A stretch of DNA of 64,000 nt, taken from NCBI GenBank assembly GCA_943788005.1, contig CALSOP010000006.1, positions 32,549 through 96,548 of the forward strand. The letters are read 5' to 3'. Source of the stretch: an uncultured Gammaproteobacteria bacterium. GTDB lineage: Bacteria > Pseudomonadota > Gammaproteobacteria > Eutrophobiales > Eutrophobiaceae. Below the pieces are notes generated by a model. The model made no database searches, was not told the DNA's origin, and worked only from the letters and a program-made list of their open reading frames with translations. Each line of letters begins with the position of its first letter. The stretch's first letter is position 1. Both the position numbers and the translations under genes were made by a program. This document shows positions 44,617 to 54,123 of the stretch, piece after piece.

Positions 44617-46517
44617 TTAAAAAAGTCTTTAACATCATCCAATTCATGTGTGATCGGCATCGGTGGTAATGCCTTGATGATGCGCTTACCATAGGCTTTT
44701 CTTATCACACGTTTATCGCAGATGACACAGACACCCCTGTCAGTTACATCACGAATTAACCGCCCCACTCCCTGTTTTAAACTTATAGCAGCTTGGGGAA
44801 CTTGATGATCCATAAATGGATTGCTGCCCTGTTTGCTAAAGTGATTCAACCGCGCTTGCAGTACCGGATCATCCGGACTGGCAAACGGCAACTTATCAAT
44901 AATAACTAATGATAAAGCCTCGCCTTTCACATCTACCCCTTCCCAAAAACTACTCGTGCCAAGCAACACGGCATGCTTTGTGTGTCGAAACTGATTTAGT
45001 AATTCTGATCGTGGTGCCGTCCCTTGAATAAAAATAGGATAATCAATCTCCTTAGATAAAATATCTGCTGATTTTTTCAATGCTTGATGGCTGGTAAATA
45101 AAACAAAGGCATGACCTTCACTATATGACAGTAACTTGATAGTTCTTTCTATGAATGCATCAAAAAATTCATATTGATTAGGTTCGGGCAGGTCAAGTGG
45201 CACATACAAACAGGTTTGTTTTTGATAATCGAAAGGACTATTCCAAACCTGCGTTTGACATTCTTCAAGACCAAGTTGGCGGCTGTAATAATTAAAATCG
45301 TCGTTTATTGCCAAGCTCGCCGAAGTGAATACACTTGTCGCATTATATTCACTCAATCGTTGTTGAAAAGTCTCAGAGATATTTACGGGGGTTTGGTTTA
45401 GATAAAGATGATGGCCGCGTATTTCTACCCAACGAATTGATTCTTCATTTTTCGTTTCGATATAGGTATCGATGTAATTATAATGCGCCTTCGCACGCTG
45501 CCAGCAATTATCTAATAACTTCCCGCGTCCACAAGCGGTTTCAAGTATATCGATGACACATTGAAAAGCGGCCAACATATTTGGAAGTGCCGTTGATAGT
45601 AATGATTTCTCCCAAACCTCTAACCAGTTCAACCGTTGATCTTCTCGACCAAAGACTAAACGCACATCACGTATCAATTTTTCAAATTTAGTTAATACCG
45701 CTGCTAATTCTTCTATATCACCCGCTTCTTCACGGTCGGCCGTTTTTATATCAGTAATCAATTCCAATAATTGACGAGTACTCAATGTTTGACTGAAATA
45801 AGTAGATGCCAACTCAGGCAATTGATGTGCTTCATCAAACACAATTACATCAGCTAATGGCAATACTTCACCAAAACCTTTTTCTCTCAAACTCATGTCA
45901 GACAACAATAAATGATGGTTAGTGATCACCAAATCTGACTCAAGTGCAGCCTTCCTGTTTTTAAAGACAAAGCAATCATCAAAGCTTGGGCACGCTTGGC
46001 CGAGACAATTTTCTGTTGTTGAGGTTATTCTAGATCGAATCACTGAGTTCTCTTCAATCATACCTAACTCATTAATATCACCTGTCTTTGTTGAAGAAGA
46101 CCATTGCACAACCTCCTGTAGATCGGACATATTTTGGTAACTCAAGTCTTTAGTATCATGAATGGCAGTATCCATATGCTCTAGACAAAGATAATTTGAA
46201 CGGCCTTTTAGCACCATTGTTGTAGCCGGTGACGCGAGTGCTTCAAGTACGAGAGGCAAATCTTTTTGATACAATTGGTCTTGCAGATGGCGAGTACCAG
46301 TTGAGATAATTACTTTTTGTCTCGACAATAAGGCCGGCACTAGATAGGCAACTGTTTTACCGGTACCTGTCCCCGCTTCGCACACCAAATTCTGACCTTC
46401 GGAGATAGCAGCGAATATCTTATGCGCCATATCTTCCTGTTCTGGTCGATGTTGATAATCATCAATCAAATTCGCTAATGATCCACCATCAGAAAAAACT
46501 TCTTTAACTGTTTTCAT
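44613..46517 (-). CDS. yoaA: ATP-dependent DNA helicase, DinG/YoaA family
   Basis: 'EAGTGTGKT', 'KGRSNYLC', Fe-S cysteines, 'FDEAHQL', 'SFWEGVD', 'QGVGRLIR'. Confidence 0.88.
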   Translation of the reverse strand: MKTVKEVFSDGGSLANLIDDYQHRPEQEDMAHKIFAAISEGQNLVCEAGTGTGKTVAYLVPALLSRQKVIISTGTRHLQDQLYQKDLPLVLEALASPATTMVLKGRSNYLCLEHMDTAIHDTKDLSYQNMSDLQEVVQWSSSTKTGDINELGMIEENSVIRSRITSTTENCLGQACPSFDDCFVFKNRKAALESDLVITNHHLLLSDMSLREKGFGEVLPLADVIVFDEAHQLPELASTYFSQTLSTRQLLELITDIKTADREEAGDIEELAAVLTKFEKLIRDVRLVFGREDQRLNWLEVWEKSLLSTALPNMLAAFQCVIDILETACGRGKLLDNCWQRAKAHYNYIDTYIETKNEESIRWVEIRGHHLYLNQTPVNISETFQQRLSEYNATSVFTSASLAINDDFNYYSRQLGLEECQTQVWNSPFDYQKQTCLYVPLDLPEPNQYEFFDAFIERTIKLLSYSEGHAFVLFTSHQALKKSADILSKEIDYPIFIQGTAPRSELLNQFRHTKHAVLLGTSSFWEGVDVKGEALSLVIIDKLPFASPDDPVLQARLNHFSKQGSNPFMDHQVPQAAISLKQGVGRLIRDVTDRGVCVICDKRVIRKAYGKRIIKALPPMPITHELDDVKDFFN

Positions 46518-46618
46518 AAATTACCAGAACGATCGACCATAAATACCGAAGAAAATGATGTATGAAATGAAGATAAATTATCGTGAACAACGATATATAA
46601 ATATTGTAATTTGTTTGA

Positions 46619-47098
46619 CTAAACTACGTCTTGCTCTAAACCATTCTGTTCTGTCCAGAGAAGTTCTGATATCAATTTAAACTGTGCAATAGTCATAGCA
46701 CCTTTCTTATTATTTTTTCTTTTTTCTTCTAGCACATCCATAATCTCGTCTCTTTTCGCCATATAAATTTCTTCAGGCATAAAATCAGCATTCATAATCA
46801 CTAATATAATCGCATCCCATTCCTGCTCGGTCTTTATTTGTCCAAGGCGATGTCCCTGTCGTTTCTCATTGAAGATAACTCTACCTTTAATTTGAATCTT
46901 TAATGATTCACCAGCAACTTCATAGGTTGCGTCATAGCCAGCGATATTTTCATCGTTTGGCGACATTCCAAGAATCGAAATGGCATCATTTATTGCGATC
47001 TCTGGTGTGACGGGTAGCGTTTTGCCGGTAGCAAGCCGATATTCTTTAGCAATGCGACGGGTCTCAGCAATCAACTTATTAACTGAATAAATACCCAT
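46619..47098 (-). CDS. Conserved hypothetical protein with a PD-(D/E)XK-like motif
   Basis: 'TGKTLPVTPEIA..DA', 'GYDA......QIKGR'; starts 3 nt after the epmA stop. Confidence 0.6.
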   Translation of the reverse strand: MGIYSVNKLIAETRRIAKEYRLATGKTLPVTPEIAINDAISILGMSPNDENIAGYDATYEVAGESLKIQIKGRVIFNEKRQGHRLGQIKTEQEWDAIILVIMNADFMPEEIYMAKRDEIMDVLEEKRKNNKKGAMTIAQFKLISELLWTEQNGLEQDVV

Positions 47099-47101
47099 AA
47101 A

Positions 47102-48058
47102 CTAATTAGATCCCAAAGTGAACGTACTGACTTCATTTATATCATCTTTTTTAGATAAAACCATCAATAAACGATCAATTCCAACTGCCACACCAGAACA
47201 TTCAGGCAATCCTGATCTCAATGCCGCCACAAAGTCTTTATCTATTGGCGGTTCTGCCAAGCCCTTATTGCTTCTCGTCGTCAATTCACTTTCAAATCGT
47301 TTCACTTGTTCATCTGCATCGATGAGTTCATTAAAGCCATTGGCTATTTCCATCCCAGAGATAAACAATTCAAAGCGTTCGCTAACAATAGGTTCGCTTT
47401 GCTTCAGTGTCGCCAAAGCCGACATACACTCTGGATAGTCGTAAATAAACAGTGGTTTACTCTGCTCAAGATTCTTTATAACCGCCTGAGAAAACAAAAA
47501 ATCGAGCAAGGCATGTCGATCATCTATAGCGTCATCCCAACCATGTTGTTTGCAAAGGGTCTGCAATTCACTTGTAGCTGCAGTATGCGGATTTAATTCT
47601 AGCGTTTGCTTAAATGCGTCTGCATAGGTCATCTTATCTGGTCTTTCTAGCCCAATATCGATCAATAACTCACCCACTTCATTCATGAGTTGATAATAAT
47701 CAAAACCCGCGTGATACCACTCCAACATGGTGAATTCTGTATTATGCCGTTTTCCTGATTCTTCATTACGGAATACATGCGCAATTTGATAGATGGAGCC
47801 CGAACCGGCGGCAAGCAATCGCTTCATACAAAATTCAGGAGACGACTGTAGATAGAGTAATGCATCACTTTCAGCCGCGCATGATGTTGTCATACTTTCA
47901 ATATACGGGTCACTGATACCGAAGTGACTGAGAATAGGCGTGTCGACCTCGATAATCTCACGTGTATTCATGAAAGACCGGATCTGCTTCAGTAAACTCG
48001 CTCGTTGTTTTATTACTTTTAGGCTAGCGCTGGGATGCCATGAAGTATCTGACGCCAT
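47102..48058 (-). CDS. epmA: EF-P lysine aminoacylase
   Basis: 'YLQSSPEFCMKRLLAAG', 'FRNEESG..HNTEFTMLEWY', 'ERFELF', 'GVAVGIDRL'; no anticodon-binding domain. Confidence 0.93.
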   Translation of the reverse strand: MASDTSWHPSASLKVIKQRASLLKQIRSFMNTREIIEVDTPILSHFGISDPYIESMTTSCAAESDALLYLQSSPEFCMKRLLAAGSGSIYQIAHVFRNEESGKRHNTEFTMLEWYHAGFDYYQLMNEVGELLIDIGLERPDKMTYADAFKQTLELNPHTAATSELQTLCKQHGWDDAIDDRHALLDFLFSQAVIKNLEQSKPLFIYDYPECMSALATLKQSEPIVSERFELFISGMEIANGFNELIDADEQVKRFESELTTRSNKGLAEPPIDKDFVAALRSGLPECSGVAVGIDRLLMVLSKKDDINEVSTFTLGSN

Positions 48059-48122
48059 AAGTGCCTACAATGTTGAAATTAGCACTTTCGACTGCTTAAT
48101 CACCATGAATACTGCTGTTTAT

Positions 48123-48692
48123 TTACTCTTTCGCACGACTGACGTATTCGCCGGTTCTGGTGTCTATCTTAAGTAAATCGCCATTTTCAACAAATAGCGG
48201 GACTTTCACGATTGCTCCAGTCTCAAGCGTTGCGGGTTTTGAGCCACCTTGTGCGGTATCTCCTTTCAGGCCTGGATCAGTATCCGTAACTTCCAATACA
48301 ACAAAATTTGGTGCTGCAACTGACAATGGCACATCATTCCACAAGGTAACCAGGCACATTTCCTCGCCTTTAATCCATTGTTTGGCGTCACTCACGGCAT
48401 TTGCATCGGCTTCACACTGTTCATAGCTATCTTTATTCATGAAATGCCACATCTCACCATCGTTATAGAGATATTGCAGATCAAGGTCGACCACATCGGC
48501 ACCTTCAACAGATTCACCAGACTTATAGGTCTTCTCAAGCACTCGGCCTGTCTTCAGGTTGCGCATCTTGACCCGGTTAAAGGCTTGGCCTTTGCCTGGT
48601 TTAACAAACTCATTCTCAATGATTGAGCATGGATCGTTTTCAATCATTATTTTAAGACCTGATTTGAATTCGTTTGTGCTATAAGTCGCCAT
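48123..48692 (-). CDS. efp: Elongation factor P (Lys34 type)
   Basis: '[10 protein letters not shown]', '[20 protein letters not shown]', '[11 protein letters not shown]'. Confidence 0.97.
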   Translation of the reverse strand: MATYSTNEFKSGLKIMIENDPCSIIENEFVKPGKGQAFNRVKMRNLKTGRVLEKTYKSGESVEGADVVDLDLQYLYNDGEMWHFMNKDSYEQCEADANAVSDAKQWIKGEEMCLVTLWNDVPLSVAAPNFVVLEVTDTDPGLKGDTAQGGSKPATLETGAIVKVPLFVENGDLLKIDTRTGEYVSRAKE

Positions 48693-48776
48693 GATGTCCT
48701 CTTTCAAATATGATAATTCTGTTTTGAAGCTTGATAATATAAAAAAAGCGCAATAATACATGGAACTGAAGAAATA

Positions 48777-49774
48777 ATGCAGTCTTTATCATGGCAAGAA
48801 CAACTGGCACAGGCCATACGGAAACCCACTGATTTACTTGAATTTGCTGGATTAGAGGCCGATTCAATCGGTTATAGCCAACAAGCAATAAGGCAATTTC
48901 CTGTCAGGGTCCCCTATGCTTTCGCCAATCGTATCAAGAAGAACGATCCAAACGACCCTATCTTGCGACAGGTATTTCCGTATAAAGCAGAAGAAGATAA
49001 AGCTACTGGATTCATTAATGACCCACTAGCTGAATTAAATGTTCAACCAGTAAATGGCTTATTACAAAAATATAACAGTCGTGTCTTGTCGATAACCACC
49101 GGTGCCTGTGCGGTGCATTGTCGCTATTGCTTCAGACGGCATTACCCTTATCAGGAGTCATCCTCATCAAGCGAACATTGGCAAGCGTCGTTAGATCACA
49201 TAAAAAATGATTCAAGTATTGAAGAAGTGATACTCAGCGGCGGCGATCCGCTAACGCTGTCAGATCGTCGTTTACAAGAAATATGTTTATCACTTAAAAA
49301 CATCATACATATAAAACGCATACGCTTTCATACAAGATTACCTATCGTTTTACCCGCGCGCATTACGACAACACTACTCAAGCAAATAACAGATAACGAT
49401 AAATCTATCATCTTTGTTATACATACCAATCATGCCAATGAGACTTGATGAGTGCACGTGGCTAAATGCTATTAAACGCCTTTTGCAACGCATTTGGCGT
49501 ATTAGTTTTGAATCAATCGGTATCTACTGAAAGGTGTTAACGATTCTGTTGCGGCGTTAATCAATGCTATCGGAACGTCTTAGTCGAGAATAATGTTACG
49601 CCCTACTACCTGCATCTATTGGATCCCGTTGCTGGCGCAGCACACTACGATGTCCCAATACAACATGCACAACAGTTAATACAAGAAATGCAGGCTAGCG
49701 CCTCGGGCTATCTGGTTCCTAAATTAGTAAAGGAAGAAATTGGAACAACAAGTAAGACCTTAGTAGCTAATTAA
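48777..49774 (+). CDS. epmB: EF-P beta-lysylation lysine 2,3-aminomutase (3' part frameshifted)
   Basis: '[15 protein letters not shown]', 'ILSGGDPL', 'HTNHANE', later '[16 protein letters not shown]' and '[10 protein letters not shown]'; divergent from efp. Confidence 0.9.
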
Positions 49775-49777
49775 CAC

Positions 49778-49804
49778 TAAAGTTTTTATTAGTTATGTCG
49801 ATAA
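49778..49804 (+). promoter_or_regulatory. Sigma28 (FliA)-type promoter
   Basis: TAAAGTTT-ttattagttat(11 nt)-GTCGATAA; one mismatch to extended consensus TAAAGTTT-N11-GCCGATAA. Confidence 0.75.
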
Positions 49805-49810
49805 GGGTTC

Positions 49811-49886
49811 TAAGAACGGGTTTTCCCTCCTTCCCCAATTAATCCGTTCATAAATATCCCAGCCGGGCTTATGACCCGGCTTTTTT
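49811..49886 (+). ncRNA. Candidate small RNA with an anti-SD C-rich loop and intrinsic terminator
   Basis: Stem GAACGGGTT/AATCCGTTC closing loop TTCCCTCCTTCCCCAATT, then AGCCGGG-cttatga-CCCGGCT plus T-tract; no ORF; sits directly behind the sigma28 motif; 5' end is approximate. Confidence 0.6.
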
Positions 49887-49888
49887 AC

Positions 49889-49952
49889 GTCCATCGGATG
49901 GACCGTATGTCTCGAGAGGACAGGAGTCCGAAGAGACGATTTACATGGATGG
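49889..49952 (+). repeat. GGA-loop hairpin element after a terminator; related to 10831..10918
   Basis: GTCCATC-G-GATGGAC palindrome, GTCTC..GGAC-AGGA-GTCC..GAGAC hairpin, CATGGATG. Confidence 0.45.
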
Positions 49953-50001
49953 TCCTATTTTTAAATTAGTTGTAGCTCTTCAGCTTTCGGCCAGAAGCGG
50001 A

Positions 50002-50091
50002 CGTTAACGTTTGAACTCAGATGACCGGCAACACAGTGTGCAGCGAAACGAAGCTACATGTTGACTGGTTAGACGCTGTGGTTTGTTATGT
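50002..50091 (-). other. attC-like site at the end of the ferritin-like gene
   Basis: Minus strand ACATAAC (contains the stop codon) ... imperfect inverted repeat (CAACA/TGTTG, TGTAGC/GCTGCA) ... GTTAACG; 90 bp. Confidence 0.45.
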
Positions 50092-50373
50092 ATGTGCAAT
50101 TGGTTTATCTGTAAATAAATAATCCTTAAGTTCTTTATCAAATGTAGGATCTTTTCTTCTAATCCACTCAAGAACCATCGCAGCATGTTCTTTTTCTTCG
50201 TCTCTATTATGCGCAAGTATTGCTTCTAATTCTTTATCTTTACATGCATCAACTCTTTGGTTATACCAATCAACCGCCTCAAGCTCCTCCATTAGCGATG
50301 TGATTGCTCTATGCATATCTCTTGTTTCGTTTGTAAGTTCATCTATTGGTTCGTGATAGCCTTCATTTGACAT
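50086..50373 (-). CDS. Encapsulin-associated-type ferritin-like protein (no encapsulin gene in the window)
   Basis: 'GYHEP..EL', 'DMHRAITSLMEELEAVDWYNQR', 'HNRDEEKEHAAMVLEWIRR'. Confidence 0.9.
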   Translation of the reverse strand: MSNEGYHEPIDELTNETRDMHRAITSLMEELEAVDWYNQRVDACKDKELEAILAHNRDEEKEHAAMVLEWIRRKDPTFDKELKDYLFTDKPIAHT

Positions 50374-50582
50374 AATTTATCCTCGATTTAATATTATTTC
50401 CAATCATAAAGTAGACATATAAAAAAATATACGTAACTACAGTTTTGGGTCGTTAGCTGCATACTATCACCCTGAAAGATAACGAAAAGCAATCGCTCTA
50501 CAATAATGGGCCAATACTCTGAAACGAGTAGGTTAATCATATGCATTAGTACTCAAAATAGATGACGCACAACTCTCTCATT

Positions 50583-53259
50583 TCAATTTAACTCCAACCT
50601 CAAGCTTACAGTTTGTGGATCGTTATTATTTTCAACTTTAACAAAACCAAAACTTTTGGCGAGTTTTTGCATGGGGAAATTATTTGCTAGCGTATGGGCA
50701 AGTAATCGTTTAGTACCGTGCTCCCGACAATAATCAATTGTTTTACTCATCAGCTTATTACCCACACCTTGTTTCTGCATATCTGAACGCACAATGATCG
50801 CGAATTCAGCTTCAATATTGTCTGCGTCACTCACAACTCTCGTTACGGCTATCGTCTCATCGTTATCCTCTGTATTTTTCTTTATCGCAATAAAGGCCAT
50901 TTCTCGGTCGTAATCAATTTGCGTGAAGTGTGCCATCTGTGCATGCGAAAAATTATTCACTGCTCGAAAAAAAACGAAAATAGATATCTTCAGAATTGAT
51001 ATGCGAAAAGAATTCATGATGCGCCATTTCATCTTCCGGCTTTATAGGTCTAATAAGTAATTCAGCGCCTGATGCTAGTTTAGATAGTTCTTCTAACTCT
51101 TGTGGGTAGGGTCGAATCGCAAGATGGCTTGTGCCACCGGTCGCTACTGAACTTATTTTTATTCTGGCGTCCAGTGCAATAACACCATTATTATTTGCAA
51201 CAAGCGGATTAATATCGAGTTCTTGAAGTTCAGGGTGGTCAACTATAAGTTGTGAAATTTTTACTAATGTTACAAGGATTGCCTCCATATTTGCCGGTTT
51301 AACATCCCTATAACCCTTAAGAACTTTCGCAATTCGAGTACGTTGAACAAGATCATTGGCCAACTTCATATTTAGCGGCGGCAAGGCGACAGATTTATCA
51401 TTAACCACTTCTACAGATACACCTCCATGCCCGAACAAAATGACAGGCCCAAAGATAGAATCAGTAGTAACACCAATAATCAGTTCATAGTCGTTGGGAC
51501 AGTCCACCATTGCTTGAACCGTAAAGCCTTCGATTATTGCATCAGGATTACTTTTTTTAATACGCTCTAACATCCCTTCAGCCGATAATTGTAGTATCGA
51601 AGCAGATTCAATATTCAGTAATACACCACCAACATCAGACTTGTGACTAATATCTTTTGACAGGATTTTTAATGCTACTGGAAACCCTATTGATTTTGCC
51701 TGTTTGACGGCGTTATCAACATCACGCGCAATTAATGTCTTAACAATTGGGATTTGATAGGCATCCAGCACATCTTTTGCTTCAGGCTCGGTAAGTATGT
51801 TTCGTTTTTCAGTTAAAACCGATTCAATAATTGTACGTACTCTTTCTTTATCGGGTTTGAAATCTTCAGGTATAGATGGTGGCAATTCGATCAGGTTTTT
51901 TTGATTTTTGTTATATTCAACAGCTTGCAGGAAAGCACTAATTGCTGACTCTGGCGTTTCGTATTGGGGAATATTATTTTTCTCGAAGATTTCTCTTGAA
52001 TCTTGAACCGCATCTTCACCCATCCAACAGGTCAAGACAGGTTTGTGCGATTCATTTATAGCCTCTGTAATTGCACGTGCAACCTCGGCGTTGTCGATGA
52101 TGGCTACCGGAACCAGCATTACCAATATGGCATCATAATTAGGATCATCCAACAAGACCTTTAAAGCCTGAACATATCGCTTCGCATCACTGTCTCCGAT
52201 AATGTCGACCGGGTTGCTACCCGACCATGTGACGGGGAGAAATTCATCCAAGGCTTGAATTGTTTTCGGTGCAAGTTCAGCCAAGCGCCCACCACTGTCA
52301 ATCAAACTATCAGTTGCCAATACTCCAATACCACCACCATTAGTTAATATAATCAATCTATCGCCATTTATACCTGAAACATATGCCAGTGTTTCCACAG
52401 CATCAAATAGATTTTGAATAGAATAAACGCGCAACATCCCTGCCCGGCGTACCGCAGCATCAAACACATCGTCATTTCCGGCTAATGCACCTGTATGTGA
52501 TGCAGCAGCCTTCGCACCTTCTGCCATTCTCCCCGACTTAATAACAATTACTTTCTTGTTTCGCGCAGTCGCACGTGCTGCTGACATGAATTTACGAGCA
52601 AGTTTTATTGATTCTACATAGAGCAATATCCCTGTTGTGTGTTGATCAGTGCCGAGATAATCAAGTAAATCACCGAAATCAACATCTGAACTGTCACCTA
52701 GCGAAATAAAATACGAAAAACCAATGCCGCGTGATTTGGCCCAATCTAATATTGATGTGCAAATCGCGCCAGATTGTGAAATCACCGCAATATTACCTGG
52801 GAGAGAATCAGTATGAGCAAAACTCGCGTTTAAGCCGATACCGGGGATGAGTAAACCAACACAATTAGGTCCAAGGATACGAAAATCATAATGTCGTGCG
52901 ACATCAAGCATTTGTTGTTCTAAACCATTAGCGTCATCTACTGCATGGAAACCAGCGCTTATAACAACAGCTGCACGCGTTCCTTTCTCACCTAATTGCA
53001 TAATGATGTCAGGAACTGTATGAGCGGGCGTGCAAATTACAGCAAAGTCTGGCACTACTGGTAGATCGGCTATGCGCTTATAGGCATACACACCACAGAT
53101 GGTTTCGTACTTAGGATTAACGGGTAAGATTGGCCCATCAAAGCCACCACGCAAAAGGTTTTTCATAACCACATTACCGATCGATAGCGGTCTATCAGAT
53201 GCGCCGATTAAAACTACTGACTTCGGGTTCAACAATTTGTTTAGATTGATAACGCTCAT
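50583..53259 (-). CDS. Bifunctional NDP-forming acyl-CoA ligase-like/GNAT protein lysine acetyltransferase (Pat/Pka type); extra base at about 50970
   Basis: CoA-binding 'ILGPNCVG', 'SQSGA', 'SHTGALAG', ATP-grasp 'HKSDVGGV', linker 'LAIRPYP', GNAT 'TQIDYDREMAFIA...AEFAIIVRSDMQKQGVG'. Confidence 0.9.
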
Positions 53260-53409
53260 GCGAATGCCTTTAATTCTCCTAAATCAGATATAAAACAACG
53301 GTACATAAGACATATTAGCAAATTATTGCACTGCACAATAATTATCTGCCATATAGAGCTATTTTATTGATAAATCGATAACTTATTGTATTGAGGCTAA
53401 CAACTGATT

Positions 53410-53994
53410 TTATGGAAGGGCTAGTTTTCTTCTAAATTCGGTAAGTTGTTGATGGTAATTAGTCGCTTCTCCATAATCGATGAAATCCTGATAGCGAGCG
53501 TGCCTACCTATGACTTTTCTTGCATGTTTTATTGGACACCAATATTGCTCTGTCCGTGCGGCTATCTCTCTCGCATACGCAATAACACCATTACCGTACT
53601 CGCAATAAACACAATTAAAACGTTCGATGCTATTCAGATGTTTTAATTTGCGGCGATCGATTACAACATAGTGCGAGCGTTTAACTTTTCTGATGCGATA
53701 CAAGCTAAAACAAATCACCTGATAAAGTGTCATGCTAATATCAATAATTACAAAGGGGACTATCTTGCTATATATAAAAGGAGCGGAAAGCAGGTTTCTG
53801 AACTTACTATCCATGAAAAATCTGAATAGATTTTTTTTCAATTTTTTATGTGCGTCTTCAATACCCTCCTTGAATTGTACTTTTCCATCTTCATAAAAAT
53901 AGAGAATCTTCTCTTGTCGTTCATTAATTATTTTTTCTATTTCATCTTCAATATTGGTTATTTGAGCTAACAATTCTTTAACTTTTTCGTCCAT
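53410..53994 (-). CDS. Conserved hypothetical membrane-associated protein with Cys motifs
   Basis: 'YQVICF', 'FNCVYCEYGNG', 'ARTEQYWCPIKH'. Confidence 0.7.
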   Translation of the reverse strand: MDEKVKELLAQITNIEDEIEKIINERQEKILYFYEDGKVQFKEGIEDAHKKLKKNLFRFFMDSKFRNLLSAPFIYSKIVPFVIIDISMTLYQVICFSLYRIRKVKRSHYVVIDRRKLKHLNSIERFNCVYCEYGNGVIAYAREIAARTEQYWCPIKHARKVIGRHARYQDFIDYGEATNYHQQLTEFRRKLALP

Positions 53995-54123
53995 AATTAT
54001 TCCTTAATAATTTAAGTTTTATAATTAACTCACGACAGCAATATTAATTTATATTTACTATATAGATTAAAAATCAATCATCCTCACTTTAAATAGAATA
54101 TATATCGCTTATAGCTGTATACC

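Noticed and set aside
50965-50976. T8 tract separating the GNAT domain of Pat as a phase-variation switch
   Set aside because: Same one-extra-base homopolymer pattern as in serS and pntB; it cannot be distinguished from sequencing error without reads.
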